A stretch of DNA of 64,000 nucleotides from sequence record NZ_CP084508.1. One strand, 5' to 3'. The notes under the pieces are model-generated. The model did no database searches. It saw only the letters and a list, made by a program, of their open reading frames with translations, and was not told the DNA's origin. The stretch is from a plasmid. Shown piece after piece: positions 8,277 to 19,558 of the stretch; positions within the stretch are counted from its first letter, which is position 1, and every line of letters starts with the position of its first letter. A program made the translations under genes and the position numbers.

Positions 8277-9410
8277 ATGCATTTTTATGTGGATGAAACC
8301 GGCCATACCGGTCCGAATCTTTTTGACCGCACCCAGCCCGTGCTTTCCTATGGCGTGCTTTCCTCTAAGGATGACCTGGACAAGGTTGCCGAAGCAGATC
8401 TTGCTGCCTTGCGTAAGAAACTGGAAGTACAACGCCTGCACGCCGCAGAGCTGGGCATGCGTCGCCTTGATGAGGTGGTTGATACGCTGCTTGTCCTGCA
8501 GAAGAAGCACCGGATACGATTTGATATCTGGCAGGTGGTTAAACGGGATCACGCCATTATTTCGTTCTTCGACCAGGTGTTTGATCAGGGACTGAATCCG
8601 GTAGTGCCCTGGTCTGCTTACTGGACCCCCTTGCGGTACCCGCTGCTGCTGAATCTGGCAAACCTGTTTGATGATGAACTGGCTGAAAAAGCGTGGCGTG
8701 CCCGTCACGAAGCCCATGATGAACGTGCCTCCCCCCTGTTCAGTGAGGTCTGCAGGGCGTTACTTGCACGCGTGCATACTCTGGGCGATCCCTGTTCGAT
8801 AGAACTGATTTCCGATGCGTTGTCCTGGGCAATGGTTCACTTTGACAAGCTGGGATATAACTGCAAAACCGGTAAGGAAAAGCTGCAGATCATGCCCAAC
8901 ATGATCGGGTTCCAGTCAGTGTTGCACGGTATCTGTTCCCGCCTGGGGTCACCGAATAAAATAGCCAATATCATTGTGGACCAGCAGTCACAGTTTAATA
9001 CCACCCAGCGGGAGCTGAGTCAGTTCTATTACCAGATCCGTAAACAGCCCTGGGCACTCGGACCCGGTTTACCGGTTATGGATATGAAGAACATGCCAGC
9101 TAAACCGTTGGTCTTCCAGTCGGGTACAAAAAGTGCAGGGCTGGAGCTGGTTGATATTTATCTCTGGACCTTCAAACGCTTTATGGAAGGGAAGGCGCTG
9201 ACCAAACCGCTTGCCCGCCTGGTTTACACGAATCAGAATACCGCCCGCACGGACAGTGTTTCTCTGCGGTCGGTCGCTAAACGATTTAAGGAATTCTTTG
9301 AAAAACTGCCGGAACCAACGGCAGAAATGATGAAAAAGGCGAATGAATACCGGGATCAGGAAGAGGCGAGGCGTCTAGCACATCGGGTGCAAATCCTGCC
9401 GCCATCCTGA
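8277..9410 (+). CDS. DUF3800-family protein
   Basis: N-terminus MHFYVDETGHTG matches the hallmark 'Y(I/V)DESG' start of DUF3800. The ORF track starts at 8259. Lies between the antitoxin-like gene and the CRISPR trailer. Confidence 0.5.
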   Translation: MHFYVDETGHTGPNLFDRTQPVLSYGVLSSKDDLDKVAEADLAALRKKLEVQRLHAAELGMRRLDEVVDTLLVLQKKHRIRFDIWQVVKRDHAIISFFDQVFDQGLNPVVPWSAYWTPLRYPLLLNLANLFDDELAEKAWRARHEAHDERASPLFSEVCRALLARVHTLGDPCSIELISDALSWAMVHFDKLGYNCKTGKEKLQIMPNMIGFQSVLHGICSRLGSPNKIANIIVDQQSQFNTTQRELSQFYYQIRKQPWALGPGLPVMDMKNMPAKPLVFQSGTKSAGLELVDIYLWTFKRFMEGKALTKPLARLVYTNQNTARTDSVSLRSVAKRFKEFFEKLPEPTAEMMKKANEYRDQEEARRLAHRVQILPPS

Positions 9411-9439
9411 TCCGGTAGGTTATGTACGTACGGAACTGG

Positions 9440-10385
9440 CGATTCATCCCCGTGGACGCGGGGAATACTTCTTCTTCTGTGTAACGGAAACATATACTTC
9501 CGGTTCATCCCCGCGGACGCGGGGAATACTCTGGGTATGTTGCCCCATCGATAAACCCGACCGGTTCATCCCCGCGGACGCGGGGAATACATGTGCCGGG
9601 ATATCGCCGCCGACCCTCTTACCGGTTCATCCCCGCGGACGCGGGGAATACTTCCTCTTCGCCCTCCCACGGCGCTCCTGTGTCGGTTCATCCCCGCGGA
9701 CGCGGGGAATACATCAAGAGCATCTGCCAGTTGCCATGCATCATCGGTTCATCCCCGCGGACGCGGGGAATACTTGACAATGATTGTGGCGTCAGCGTTT
9801 AGCGGCGGTTCATCCCCGCGGACGCGGGGAATACTTCAACTTGCGTGCCTGGTTTAGGGAGCACGGCGGTTCATCCCCGCGGACGCGGGGAATACGCGGG
9901 AGACAGCAGCGTCGTAGCTGATGCCTTCGGTTCATCCCCGCGGACGCGGGGAATACCTGAAGTCTCGCCAGATAGGCGCGACCTTTTACGGTTCATCCCC
10001 GCGGACGCGGGGAATACCCATTAAATCAGATATTTTAAAATGATTATATCGGTTCATCCCCGCGGACGCGGGGAATACGGTTGACCAACAGTGGCGCTGT
10101 TCCTATCCATTCGGTTCATCCCCGCGGACGCGGGGAATACCCACGCTGCCATGTCATCTGCGTTCCATCAGCCGGTTCATCCCCGCGGACGCGGGGAATA
10201 CCCATACAAGGTGGTTATTTTTCACCATTCCGGCGGTTCATCCCCGCGGACGCGGGGAATACATGCGTTCGCAATCTCGATGGCTGTAGATGAACGGTTC
10301 ATCCCCGCGGACGCGGGGAATACGCCAGTGATAAACGTGTACTCGAAGCGATCTGGCGGTTCATCCCCGCGGACGCGGGGAATAC
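9440..10385 (-). CRISPR. type I-E CRISPR array, 16 repeats and 15 spacers
   Basis: 29-bp repeat CGGTTCATCCCCGCGGACGCGGGGAATAC on the + strand; its reverse complement GTATTCCCCGCGTCCGCGGGGATGAACCG resembles the E. coli I-E repeat. Repeat starts are 9440, 9501, 9562, 9623, 9684, 9745, 9806, 9867, 9928, 9989, 10050, 10112, 10173, 10234, 10295 and 10357. Spacers are 32 bp, with two of 33 bp. The repeat at 9440 is degenerate (2 mismatches), so it is the trailer end. The leader is at the cas2 side. Confidence 0.95.
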
Positions 10386-10468
10386 ACTTAGTATATCTTA
10401 TTGATTTTTTTGTGTTTTTTATAGACTTTAAAAACACCGCATTATCCAGATTATTAATAAACAATAAC
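10386..10468 (-). promoter_or_regulatory. CRISPR leader (AT-rich) between cas2 and the first repeat
   Basis: An AT-rich segment of about 80 bp between the cas2 stop and repeat 10357. The I-E leader conventionally follows cas2. Confidence 0.55.
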
Positions 10469-11676
<1,208 letters not shown>

Positions 11677-11680
<4 letters not shown>

Positions 11681-12303
11681 AATTTAGCTAATGAAAGCAA
11701 GCCACAGCCCAGGGATTTTGCCGGGCCGATCCCCTCTTGCAACGCCGTCAACAGCGTACGGATATCATTTACCCTCAGATAGCCTTCAAAGGTAGCCGTC
11801 ATCACACTAAGGCGGTTAGTACCTTTACTACCGTATTGCATGGCAGAGTGACTGACCAACGCCTGAACAGGCGTAAAGCCGTGGCGTAGCCCTTGGCGAC
11901 TCAGCCAAGCCAACTGTTCTTCCTCGCTAGACAATCCTCTGCGTTTACCATCATGGGTCACGGTCGGATTAGCCCGCAGCCGAAAACGATAGATACGCTC
12001 ATGCTCTATCCACTGCGCAGCCATCAAAATCTTTTCTTGCACCTCGCCCAGCAGATAATAAGGAAGCGCACGTAGCGGCTCCCAATCAGCCGCCGTTTTT
12101 GATTGCACCAATAATTGAGGCTGCTGCCAGTTAGCGCTGGGCTCAAGACGCCATAAGAAACGCGCCGGTGCTGTTTCTTCGTCAGGCGCAAAAGCCCTAG
12201 CCAGAGTGCGATGCAACTCGTAAGGATTAGTCAAATCCCGGCGCACCTCTCGGCTTCTGGGATTCAATATCAATCGGCTTAGGTGCAGTTTGTTCAGGGG
12301 CAT
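11677..12303 (-). CDS. cas6e: Cas6e (CasE/Cse3) pre-crRNA endoribonuclease
   Basis: 208 aa. C-terminus EGIGPAKSLGCGLLSLAKL matches CasE (QGIGPAKSMGCGLLSLAPL). Confidence 0.9.
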
Positions 12304-12941
12304 AGCACCTCCCTAGGTTCCAGTTGCTGAGTGAGCACAAAGCGAGGGCCAAAGCGACGTTCAGCAAAGGGAGCGATGGGTTGATCAAACCGCACCGCCC
12401 CTTCTGTGGCCTCCAGTAATAAACGACGGGCCTGCATCCCAGCACCTTCAATTAAGTCGGGATAGTCGCGCAAGGCTGCCAGCAGAGGGGACTCTTGCAG
12501 ACCATCGGATAGATACACCGACGGTGAGGGAGGACACCCTTTTCGACCCAAACTGAGTGGCCAGTGGGGATAGCGTATCGCATGGTGAATACGCTTCAAC
12601 CAGGCAGTATCGCCCTCAAGAGCGACCAAAAATGCTGCATCGCTCAAATAATAGCGTGGGCTGACAACAGTGCGTTTCATATCGACTTTACCCGCCGCAT
12701 TGACCACACCAGTAGCAGTCTGATAATCGCGCAATACAATCCCTTCCCGGTCTACCCTGACCCCCATAATAAGGCCCGCGAGATCATCGACAGGCTCACT
12801 CCGATCACGCCCAAGGGCGGCGCAAATAAGCCCCACAACCCCTGACTTGGATGGTTCAAGCTGAGTATCGCGCTCATCAAAGTGGCTTGTCGTTCCCCAA
12901 GATTGCATGGGCCCTTGTAACCGTAGTAGCAGTGTCGGCAT
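12294..12941 (-). CDS. cas5e: Cas5e (CasD)
   Basis: MPTLLLRLQGPMQSWG matches the CasD N-terminus (LILRLAGPMQAWG). The ORF track extends to 12971; the start was trimmed to the conserved Met. Confidence 0.85.
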   Translation of the reverse strand: MPTLLLRLQGPMQSWGTTSHFDERDTQLEPSKSGVVGLICAALGRDRSEPVDDLAGLIMGVRVDREGIVLRDYQTATGVVNAAGKVDMKRTVVSPRYYLSDAAFLVALEGDTAWLKRIHHAIRYPHWPLSLGRKGCPPSPSVYLSDGLQESPLLAALRDYPDLIEGAGMQARRLLLEATEGAVRFDQPIAPFAERRFGPRFVLTQQLEPREVLCP

Positions 12942-12942
12942 A

Positions 12943-14082
12943 TTATTCTCCCCACTGCGCCTCGACAGCATCGCGTACCCAAGTAGCCAGATCGCTTACT
13001 GAACGATGGGCCTGGCTATGCGCGAGCGCCCACCCTCCTGTGAGATCGATATGCGCCCAACGATCCCCACTATCACCGTAGACAGGAGCCAGCTTGCAGG
13101 CGTACTCACTCAGCACAGCTACTGATTGCTCCGTCAGGCTTTTATCATGACGGGGCTGAATAGGCCGCTCGAACGCGTTGGCTAAGTTGAGGGGGCTTTG
13201 CCGCAGACTTACACCGATAAACTCGGGTAGATTATGGGCAGCAAAGCTGTTCTGCTTGCCACTCGGAACTGCGCGGACCATGGACTGGATCAGCGCCTCA
13301 ATAGCCGACGCTGTCAGCGCCTTATCACCTTGTAGATTCTTCAACAACTTGCTCACATCGAGCAGAGCATAACGGTAAAATGTGGCGGAGTTGAACTCGA
13401 TCTGGCCAATCATACCCGCACCAGTTTCGTCAGGACCGCTGACATCATCGACCGCGGTGAAGTAATCAAAATCACGCTCAACCCGATGGGTGCTGATGGC
13501 ATGAGCTACCTGGCAGGCTGCATCCTGATTGACCTGGGGCAAGTCAGCCAGCATACGCCCGAAGAGAGCGACATCCACCGCCTTCCCTCCATCGAGCAAC
13601 GCCTTGGCCTGTTTTGCTAACTCTGCAGGGATGGCCGCTTTACTCTCTTTTTTACTTTTTTTCTCACCAGTAGCCGGGAGCACCAATACCTCCCAATGAT
13701 CTTCAATCAATGCGGCAAAACCGGCTATCTCACGCTCACCAAGAAACAACAAATACTCGGTTTTCCCCCCATCTTTGAGCTTAAGCCCAGCGGCAGCCAA
13801 GGCTACTTCAATCTTGCCGATCGCTTCTTCTTGATCTCGATCAGCAAGCCTTTCCAGCAGTAATGCTTGTAGCCTCTTGGTGCGCAGTGCGCGATATTCC
13901 GGAGGGATCAGCTGCTGATCACGGCAATAAAGACGCATGGCGCGCTTAAGACACTGACTACTAACCCGTGCCCGTCGCTGCCCACCAAAGATGGCATCCT
14001 TGGGAGCTCCGGTATCATCTCGATTCAGATTAGAAGGGGCAAAGTTCTGGATAAGATGCAGTTCAACAAACAGGGCCATCAT
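12943..14082 (-). CDS. cas7e: Cas7e (CasC/Cse4)
   Basis: MMALFVELHLIQNFAPSNLNRDDTGAPKDAIFGGQRRARVSSQCLKRAMR matches CasC (SNLNRDDTGAPKDALFGG…SSQCLKRA). The ORF track runs to 14157; the start was set at the MM doublet. Confidence 0.9.
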   Translation of the reverse strand: MMALFVELHLIQNFAPSNLNRDDTGAPKDAIFGGQRRARVSSQCLKRAMRLYCRDQQLIPPEYRALRTKRLQALLLERLADRDQEEAIGKIEVALAAAGLKLKDGGKTEYLLFLGEREIAGFAALIEDHWEVLVLPATGEKKSKKESKAAIPAELAKQAKALLDGGKAVDVALFGRMLADLPQVNQDAACQVAHAISTHRVERDFDYFTAVDDVSGPDETGAGMIGQIEFNSATFYRYALLDVSKLLKNLQGDKALTASAIEALIQSMVRAVPSGKQNSFAAHNLPEFIGVSLRQSPLNLANAFERPIQPRHDKSLTEQSVAVLSEYACKLAPVYGDSGDRWAHIDLTGGWALAHSQAHRSVSDLATWVRDAVEAQWGE

Positions 14083-14615
14083 TTTTCTCCTTGAGGGATT
14101 GCGTCGTTTGAATCGGTATGGGCGGCTACGCGGTAAAAATCTGTAGCCCAACGGCAACGTAACTTATCGAGCTGCTCGCATCGGGTAGGATTAAGCCAAT
14201 CGGTGAGATCTCTTAGTAAGTCGTTATAATCGATGGCTATCCCCTGAGATCTCAGCAATGTGACAGCATGGCGCAATGGTTCAGCCAAGCTTGCACCATC
14301 ACACTCAAGCAGTGCGATAAAGCGCCCCTCAATGGAGGGACTCTGTTCCTGCTGACGATAGAGAATTCCCATCGCCTCTGCCAAGGTCATTGCGCCATGC
14401 TGAGGATGGAGCGCAAAGAGCCCAGCCACTAAATAATGCGACTGACGACGTGCTGAGTCAGGATGCTCATTGGCAGCGATAAAGGGCTCAACATAGGGAA
14501 AAACGCGAGGAGCACTGCCGGGGGGAAAGGTAAGACTGCGCCGCAGCTCAGCCAATGCCCCACGATTGCGCTGGGCGAGTCGCTGTAGATGGTCAACAAA
14601 AGCGTGATCACTCAT
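14079..14615 (-). CDS. cse2: Cse2 (CasB) small subunit
   Basis: 178 aa, occupying the casB position between cse1 and cas7e. Confidence 0.8.
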   Translation of the reverse strand: MSDHAFVDHLQRLAQRNRGALAELRRSLTFPPGSAPRVFPYVEPFIAANEHPDSARRQSHYLVAGLFALHPQHGAMTLAEAMGILYRQQEQSPSIEGRFIALLECDGASLAEPLRHAVTLLRSQGIAIDYNDLLRDLTDWLNPTRCEQLDKLRCRWATDFYRVAAHTDSNDAIPQGEK

Positions 14616-16153
14616 TGCACTTCTCCTGTTTCGTTAAGGGCAGTCAGTTGTTTCCTAATCACTGACCACACACGGGGCTGCACCTTGGCATTAGCGCGCC
14701 AAAGGCGCGCCCCACCGCCTTGACTTGTTAGCAACGTATCCCATGCAGCTAAAGCGGCGCCTTTTAACTCCCGCTGCCATTGCCTCTCAGCCACATCAGG
14801 AGCGTGCTCTAACTGTTGCAGGGTCGTCATCAGGACACGCTCTGCGCGGGCAAAAAAGCACGGCGCCACCGGGCCGGCATCAAATAGGGCGCGAGCACGG
14901 CTGCGGGTATCCTTTTGTTGGCTATCAGGCAAGGTATCTGCAATCAGTTGAACTGCGGCTCCCTTGAGTGTGCTAAACAGGGTCTCAGCCATTTCCAGCA
15001 TCTGGCGGGCCTCGCGAGTTACCTGGGGATGGTCAAGCAGCGCCAGCGGCAGCGAGACATTCTCTACCCGCCACCGTAGGAGCTTGGCCTGGTCACTGGC
15101 CAGACCGGCGACCAACAGGCGAAGCTGTTTTTTACCCAGCGATTTATTAAGCCGGGTGGCATTATCCAAGATCGCAGCCGGAATCGATTGGTTACCCCCA
15201 CCATCAGGCAATAGGGCAGGGAGATCGCGCCACAGTGCTCGTCCTTCGCTAAAAGTAAGACGAACCGGTCGGAGACTCCCCGCTCGATAGTTAGCCATTG
15301 GATCAGGAGCATGAGGCTCCTCTTCCAGTCCCTGTCCCGCAGCAAAACGCAGCCAGCGGATGTTCCCCTCTTCCTCACATTGAAAGAGGACAGCGCGAGT
15401 CTGACGGGTATAGCGATCATTAGGGCCGCTGGCGAGCACGGCTGCCGCTTTCAAATTGGCGATAGTCAGCGCGGGCCGCTCCCAGCTTGGTAAGTCTTCA
15501 TGTCCATCAGGTGTGCTAGGATGTAGGCTCAAAATGAGGGTTTGGGCCAGAGTATCCCCTTGCGGTAAGACTGCCGCCGTGTCGGCCAGGGGACCTGCCT
15601 TATCAGCATCACGAAAGACTTTAACCAAACCGCCGGGTGTGCACTGTAAAAAACCGAGCAGAGTACGGATGGCCTGAAGCGGGGAGAGCGACCCTGGCGC
15701 ACTATCCCAGGCATGATTAAACACTACGGGAGCATTGCCACAGACACTAGCTAAATCGATCTGAGTCCAAGGTTTAAACCTATCACAGGTTTCCGTGACC
15801 GTAGCCAACGCAGCCACCTGCATAAAAGGATATTCAGGGTGAAATAGCCAGAAGCGATCGCGCCACTTCTCTAAGTAAGAGGTAATGGCCTCGCTAGGCA
15901 ACCCCTGAGTAAACCAGATGCGTAAATCCTGCTGCCCCCAACTCGATGTCTTCATGCTTAAGGCCCGATGGGTGATAGCAAGCAACAGGCGATATTGGGC
16001 CATCAAGGATGGAGGCGCAGTCTCGGCTAATGCCACCACATGGGAGGCCTGCTCAAAGAGGGTCAACAAACCTAACTCCTGAATCTCACCGCTATCCATC
16101 CTGACGGGTAACCAAGGCTCATCGAGCAGATTACATCTCTTTATCATCATCAC
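14612..16153 (-). CDS. cse1: Cse1 (CasA) large subunit
   Basis: 513 aa (CasA is about 502 aa). First gene after cas3 in the I-E operon order. Confidence 0.8.
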   Translation of the reverse strand: MMMIKRCNLLDEPWLPVRMDSGEIQELGLLTLFEQASHVVALAETAPPSLMAQYRLLLAITHRALSMKTSSWGQQDLRIWFTQGLPSEAITSYLEKWRDRFWLFHPEYPFMQVAALATVTETCDRFKPWTQIDLASVCGNAPVVFNHAWDSAPGSLSPLQAIRTLLGFLQCTPGGLVKVFRDADKAGPLADTAAVLPQGDTLAQTLILSLHPSTPDGHEDLPSWERPALTIANLKAAAVLASGPNDRYTRQTRAVLFQCEEEGNIRWLRFAAGQGLEEEPHAPDPMANYRAGSLRPVRLTFSEGRALWRDLPALLPDGGGNQSIPAAILDNATRLNKSLGKKQLRLLVAGLASDQAKLLRWRVENVSLPLALLDHPQVTREARQMLEMAETLFSTLKGAAVQLIADTLPDSQQKDTRSRARALFDAGPVAPCFFARAERVLMTTLQQLEHAPDVAERQWQRELKGAALAAWDTLLTSQGGGARLWRANAKVQPRVWSVIRKQLTALNETGEVQ

Positions 16154-16161
16154 TCCTTGGG

Positions 16162-18903
16162 TTATTCCTTATTCCGATAGATAAGCCCCAATGTCTGATC
16201 GAGCTGGATAGACCACCCGCCTTCCCACTGCGCCCTTCCCTCACTATCGAGTAACAGTGGATAGCAGTAACGAAGCAAGGGACTCTCGACAAACCCTCTA
16301 ACCTCGGGTTGGCACGTAATAGCCTTGACTAGGGCTTGATTGGAAACACTCACTTGTCGGGCACAGAATTGGCAGGCCAGATCTCGGGTCAGTGGCGCAT
16401 TCAGATCAATGGGATTTCCCCCCGGTATCAACATAGTACCTTGTTCACTGGCAAAAAGCGGGATAACCGTGATGCTAGGCTTACCTAGGCGGGTACAGTT
16501 AGCGAGCCCCATATCTTCACCCTCGCCTTCTTCGTGGCCCCTCGGTTTACCTGAATAAGCTGATGCCGGATCGGCCTCTGCCCTGATAGCGATATTACAG
16601 GCCAGCTGTCGCTGATATTGTAACGCTGCAAGGTGCGCGGCGTAGCTGTACTCCTCGATATAGCGGCGTAGCTCATCCCCAACCGAATCGGGCAACGTGC
16701 CATCACCATAAACAGCCTGTACCAACCGATCAATATCGAAGGGAAGTTGCAAATGAGTCTCATCCAGGAGACGAACCCAGGTCATGGCAAGTAGATAAGG
16801 ATCGTAGACAAAGCGCCAACGGGTAGTGGTCAAATCGGGTAACGTGCCCGGTAAGAGGCCTGCCACAGTCAGCACAGGTTGGCGATGTGCATCAGGACGT
16901 GCCGAGCGTTGATGGCGGTGCAATCGACCAACCCGCTGCAACAGCAGATCGATTGGCGCTAAATCGCTTAACAGAAAGTCAAAATCGATATCGAGTGACT
17001 GCTCTACAACTTGTGTCGCTACCAGCAGGGCTCGAAGTGGTCGCACTCCATCCTTACCAAAAGTAGAGATGACCTCGGCTTCCCGCTGCGCACGCTCATC
17101 AGCAGGGAAACGGGCATGAAATAACAGAAGCACAACCTCTTCAGATAGTTGTGCTTTTAGCTGCATAAAGAGTTGCTGCGCCCGCTCGACTGTGTTGACG
17201 ATAATAGCGCCGCAACCACCTTGAGCGAGGGACGCGAGTGCAATACTCAGCAAATCTTCCGGTGTAGTGCCACATCCAGCCAGTCTGACAGGCGCCATCA
17301 TCCGACTTTCTAGCTTGTCATCCCAGTCAAGACCACGAGCATCGGCTAACACCAGACGCGGATACGCCAGTACCGGCAATGCGGTTGGCTCCACTTGCCA
17401 TGACTTGAGCAAATCATTACGGCGCCTTGTCGGTAAGGTTGCGCTCATTAGGATAACCGAACACCCCAACTCTTTAAGCCAACGTAATAGCGCCTCAATA
17501 AGTCCCTCTGTATAAGTGTCATAGGCATGCACTTCGTCGAGTACTACCACTCGATTAGCTAAGCCCCAAAGGCGCACAAAATGGTGTTTCACATTCAGCA
17601 CCGAAAATAATGCTTGATCGATAGTGCCTACACCATAAGGAGCAATCAGTGGCCGCTTACGACGAGAAAACCAGCGCGCCGCCTCTACGCTTTCAACCTG
17701 CTTACCCGCAGTCCCCCACACATCCTGAAGCGCAGCCATCATCTCCTGGCGAGCTGCACCACTGTGGATCAGTTGCAGATCAGGCATTTGCCCATGGGTA
17801 AATGCAGTAATAAACTGTTGGGCTCGGGAAAACAAGGCATTACCGGTAGCTTGCGTCGGCAGGGCCAGATAGAAACCGCGATGACCAAGTGTACGCTGTA
17901 GATACAAATGAGCCATAAAGGCGAGTTCGGTTTTTCCTTCCCCCATCGGAGCCTCAACCAACAGCAGTGCAGGGCCCTGGCTCTTTTGCAACAAGGCAAT
18001 ACCCTGACGTTGCAATGCTCTTGGCATGACTGACGTACCAGCAGAGAGGATGAGGCCCAATTGCTGCTCAAGCGGTATGGGAGCGGAAAGCAAAGGCGTA
18101 AAGGGAAGCCAGCCGATAGCTCTCAATGCCTGATGGGCCAATAACTTGGCATGGGCATAATACGCCTTGAGATCATCGCAGCGCATTCCACTTGGGAACC
18201 ACTCGGTATTGGAGCCGATCCAATCGGCAATGGAGGTCAAACCGGCAAGCCAGTTAATCGCAGGTAGTGGTAACTCGTCGGTGACGATATCTCCTGTCGG
18301 AGATAACACCTCCCAATAGGTATCGAGCAATACCTGCCGCGCTTGTTGCCAAACTCGCTCTTCCCTTGTTGCCAGCCCCCTCTCAATTTCTTTTTGCTGT
18401 AACGGGTAGCCATGATGCGCCCCGACCGCTTCGGCCACCTGTTGACACCACGTGATATTAGCCCCTGTGCGTACCGGTAACCACGCCTCCAAAATAGCGG
18501 TCGAAGCCCAGTCATGCCGATCGCTGCGACGTGATGCCTCAGAAAACGTCAGTCCTTGCATCTTGGCTAGCTCCAATCCCTGCGGCCATTTTGCCTGAAA
18601 ACCGGGAATAGCCTTGCCAATGTCATGCAACCCGACAAGCGTAGCTAACCATCGGAGAGTTACTGTAACGGGCAGACCAAATTGACCGGCAAGCCTGCTA
18701 TGCGTTGCACAGGGTTCAAGTTCCAAGATCACCTCAGCCACTGCTGCAACATCCAGCATATGACCGAGCAAGGGGTGACCCTGCTCATCGTTGCTCTTCG
18801 CCCAGAGGACTGCCGCCTGTGGGTTCAAGGCAGAGAATAAGATAGACTCTTTGATCTCATCCACCTCCCGTATTATAAGTGCCCTGAAAAGGATACGACG
18901 CAA
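16162..18903 (-). CDS. cas3: Cas3 HD-nuclease/helicase (type I-E)
   Basis: 913 aa. HD motif GHMLDVAAVAEV, helicase motifs LLVEAPMGEGKTE (Walker A), VVLDEVHAYD (DEAH-like) and VILMSATLP, and C-terminal LVATQVVEQSLDIDFD…GRLHRH. Only 8 bp separate it from cse1. The true start may lie downstream of the first ATG. Confidence 0.9.
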   Translation of the reverse strand: MRRILFRALIIREVDEIKESILFSALNPQAAVLWAKSNDEQGHPLLGHMLDVAAVAEVILELEPCATHSRLAGQFGLPVTVTLRWLATLVGLHDIGKAIPGFQAKWPQGLELAKMQGLTFSEASRRSDRHDWASTAILEAWLPVRTGANITWCQQVAEAVGAHHGYPLQQKEIERGLATREERVWQQARQVLLDTYWEVLSPTGDIVTDELPLPAINWLAGLTSIADWIGSNTEWFPSGMRCDDLKAYYAHAKLLAHQALRAIGWLPFTPLLSAPIPLEQQLGLILSAGTSVMPRALQRQGIALLQKSQGPALLLVEAPMGEGKTELAFMAHLYLQRTLGHRGFYLALPTQATGNALFSRAQQFITAFTHGQMPDLQLIHSGAARQEMMAALQDVWGTAGKQVESVEAARWFSRRKRPLIAPYGVGTIDQALFSVLNVKHHFVRLWGLANRVVVLDEVHAYDTYTEGLIEALLRWLKELGCSVILMSATLPTRRRNDLLKSWQVEPTALPVLAYPRLVLADARGLDWDDKLESRMMAPVRLAGCGTTPEDLLSIALASLAQGGCGAIIVNTVERAQQLFMQLKAQLSEEVVLLLFHARFPADERAQREAEVISTFGKDGVRPLRALLVATQVVEQSLDIDFDFLLSDLAPIDLLLQRVGRLHRHQRSARPDAHRQPVLTVAGLLPGTLPDLTTTRWRFVYDPYLLAMTWVRLLDETHLQLPFDIDRLVQAVYGDGTLPDSVGDELRRYIEEYSYAAHLAALQYQRQLACNIAIRAEADPASAYSGKPRGHEEGEGEDMGLANCTRLGKPSITVIPLFASEQGTMLIPGGNPIDLNAPLTRDLACQFCARQVSVSNQALVKAITCQPEVRGFVESPLLRYCYPLLLDSEGRAQWEGGWSIQLDQTLGLIYRNKE

Positions 18904-19255
18904 CGTCTAGAGAATTACTAGGGTTGCAGTACATGTAGGCACTTCGATAACCGAATACAACACATCTCAAATAAAACAGATCTTCGTGTACGAAATGTAT
19001 TTGTACCCCACTTCATAATTCTTATTCTGAAGTACCAAGCACACGATTGACAACGAAACGACTGGCTCCGGCGAAACACCTCATTTCACGTATCTGTTGA
19101 CCATCTTGCATTAACTGGAAGTTGAATGCTTACAGTCTATTCATGTCACTATTTTAAACAAAATTAGGCAGAAAACAGCACCTTATATCCCCGTTATGAA
19201 AATCGGAAGTTTCACGGCATACTGGATAAAATAAAGCTCAGGGATCAAGATAACC

Positions 19256-19350
19256 CAATGGAGATTTCACCCTGAAATATTCAACAAAAACCATTTAAAT
19301 TCAATTTATTAACTCATAAAATCACGTGGAGAAACATTACAAGTATTCAC
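19256..19350. repeat. parS-like centromere repeat, copy 1
   Basis: GGAGATTTCACCCTGAAAT, then AAACCATTTAAATTCA, then AAATCACGTGGAGAAACATTAC. Contains the P1 parS box-A heptamer ATTTCAC and its inverse. Confidence 0.45.
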
Positions 19351-19558
19351 AAGCTAATACAGAGTGCCTATGTCACCAAAACGAAAAGCGGAGAGGTTGC
19401 TAGTAGCAGGCGTATCGAATAGGTATGAGTTCTGTCAAGTATCAGTACTAGATAGTGCTCAGATCCGATAAGGCGGTGAAACGACAGACTGGATGGAGAC
19501 CAAAGAAAATATTCTATTGTTCAGTACCAGCGGTTTAAGGAAAATCCATCTGAGTCGT

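Noticed and set aside
10018-10233. Self-targeting: spacer 10202-10233 (…caaggtggttatttttcacc…) against the iteron consensus AGGTGGAATCATTTTCTG
   Set aside because: Only a short partial resemblance (GGTGG… TTTTC). No contiguous match of useful length visible by eye.
14725-15714. ORFs on the + strand (14725..14967, 14964..15290, 15311..15493, 15456..15677) and internal - strand ORFs 15064..15420, 15529..15714 inside cse1
   Set aside because: Overlapping antisense or out-of-frame ORFs within a well-supported GC-rich cas gene, Arg/Ser/Pro-rich and low-complexity. Typical spurious ORFs.
16340-18515. Short ORFs inside cas3 on either strand (16340..16558, 16485..16763, 17267..17515, 17614..17901, 17769..18071, 18237..18515)
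   Set aside because: They lie within the cas3 coding sequence. No motifs. Spurious.
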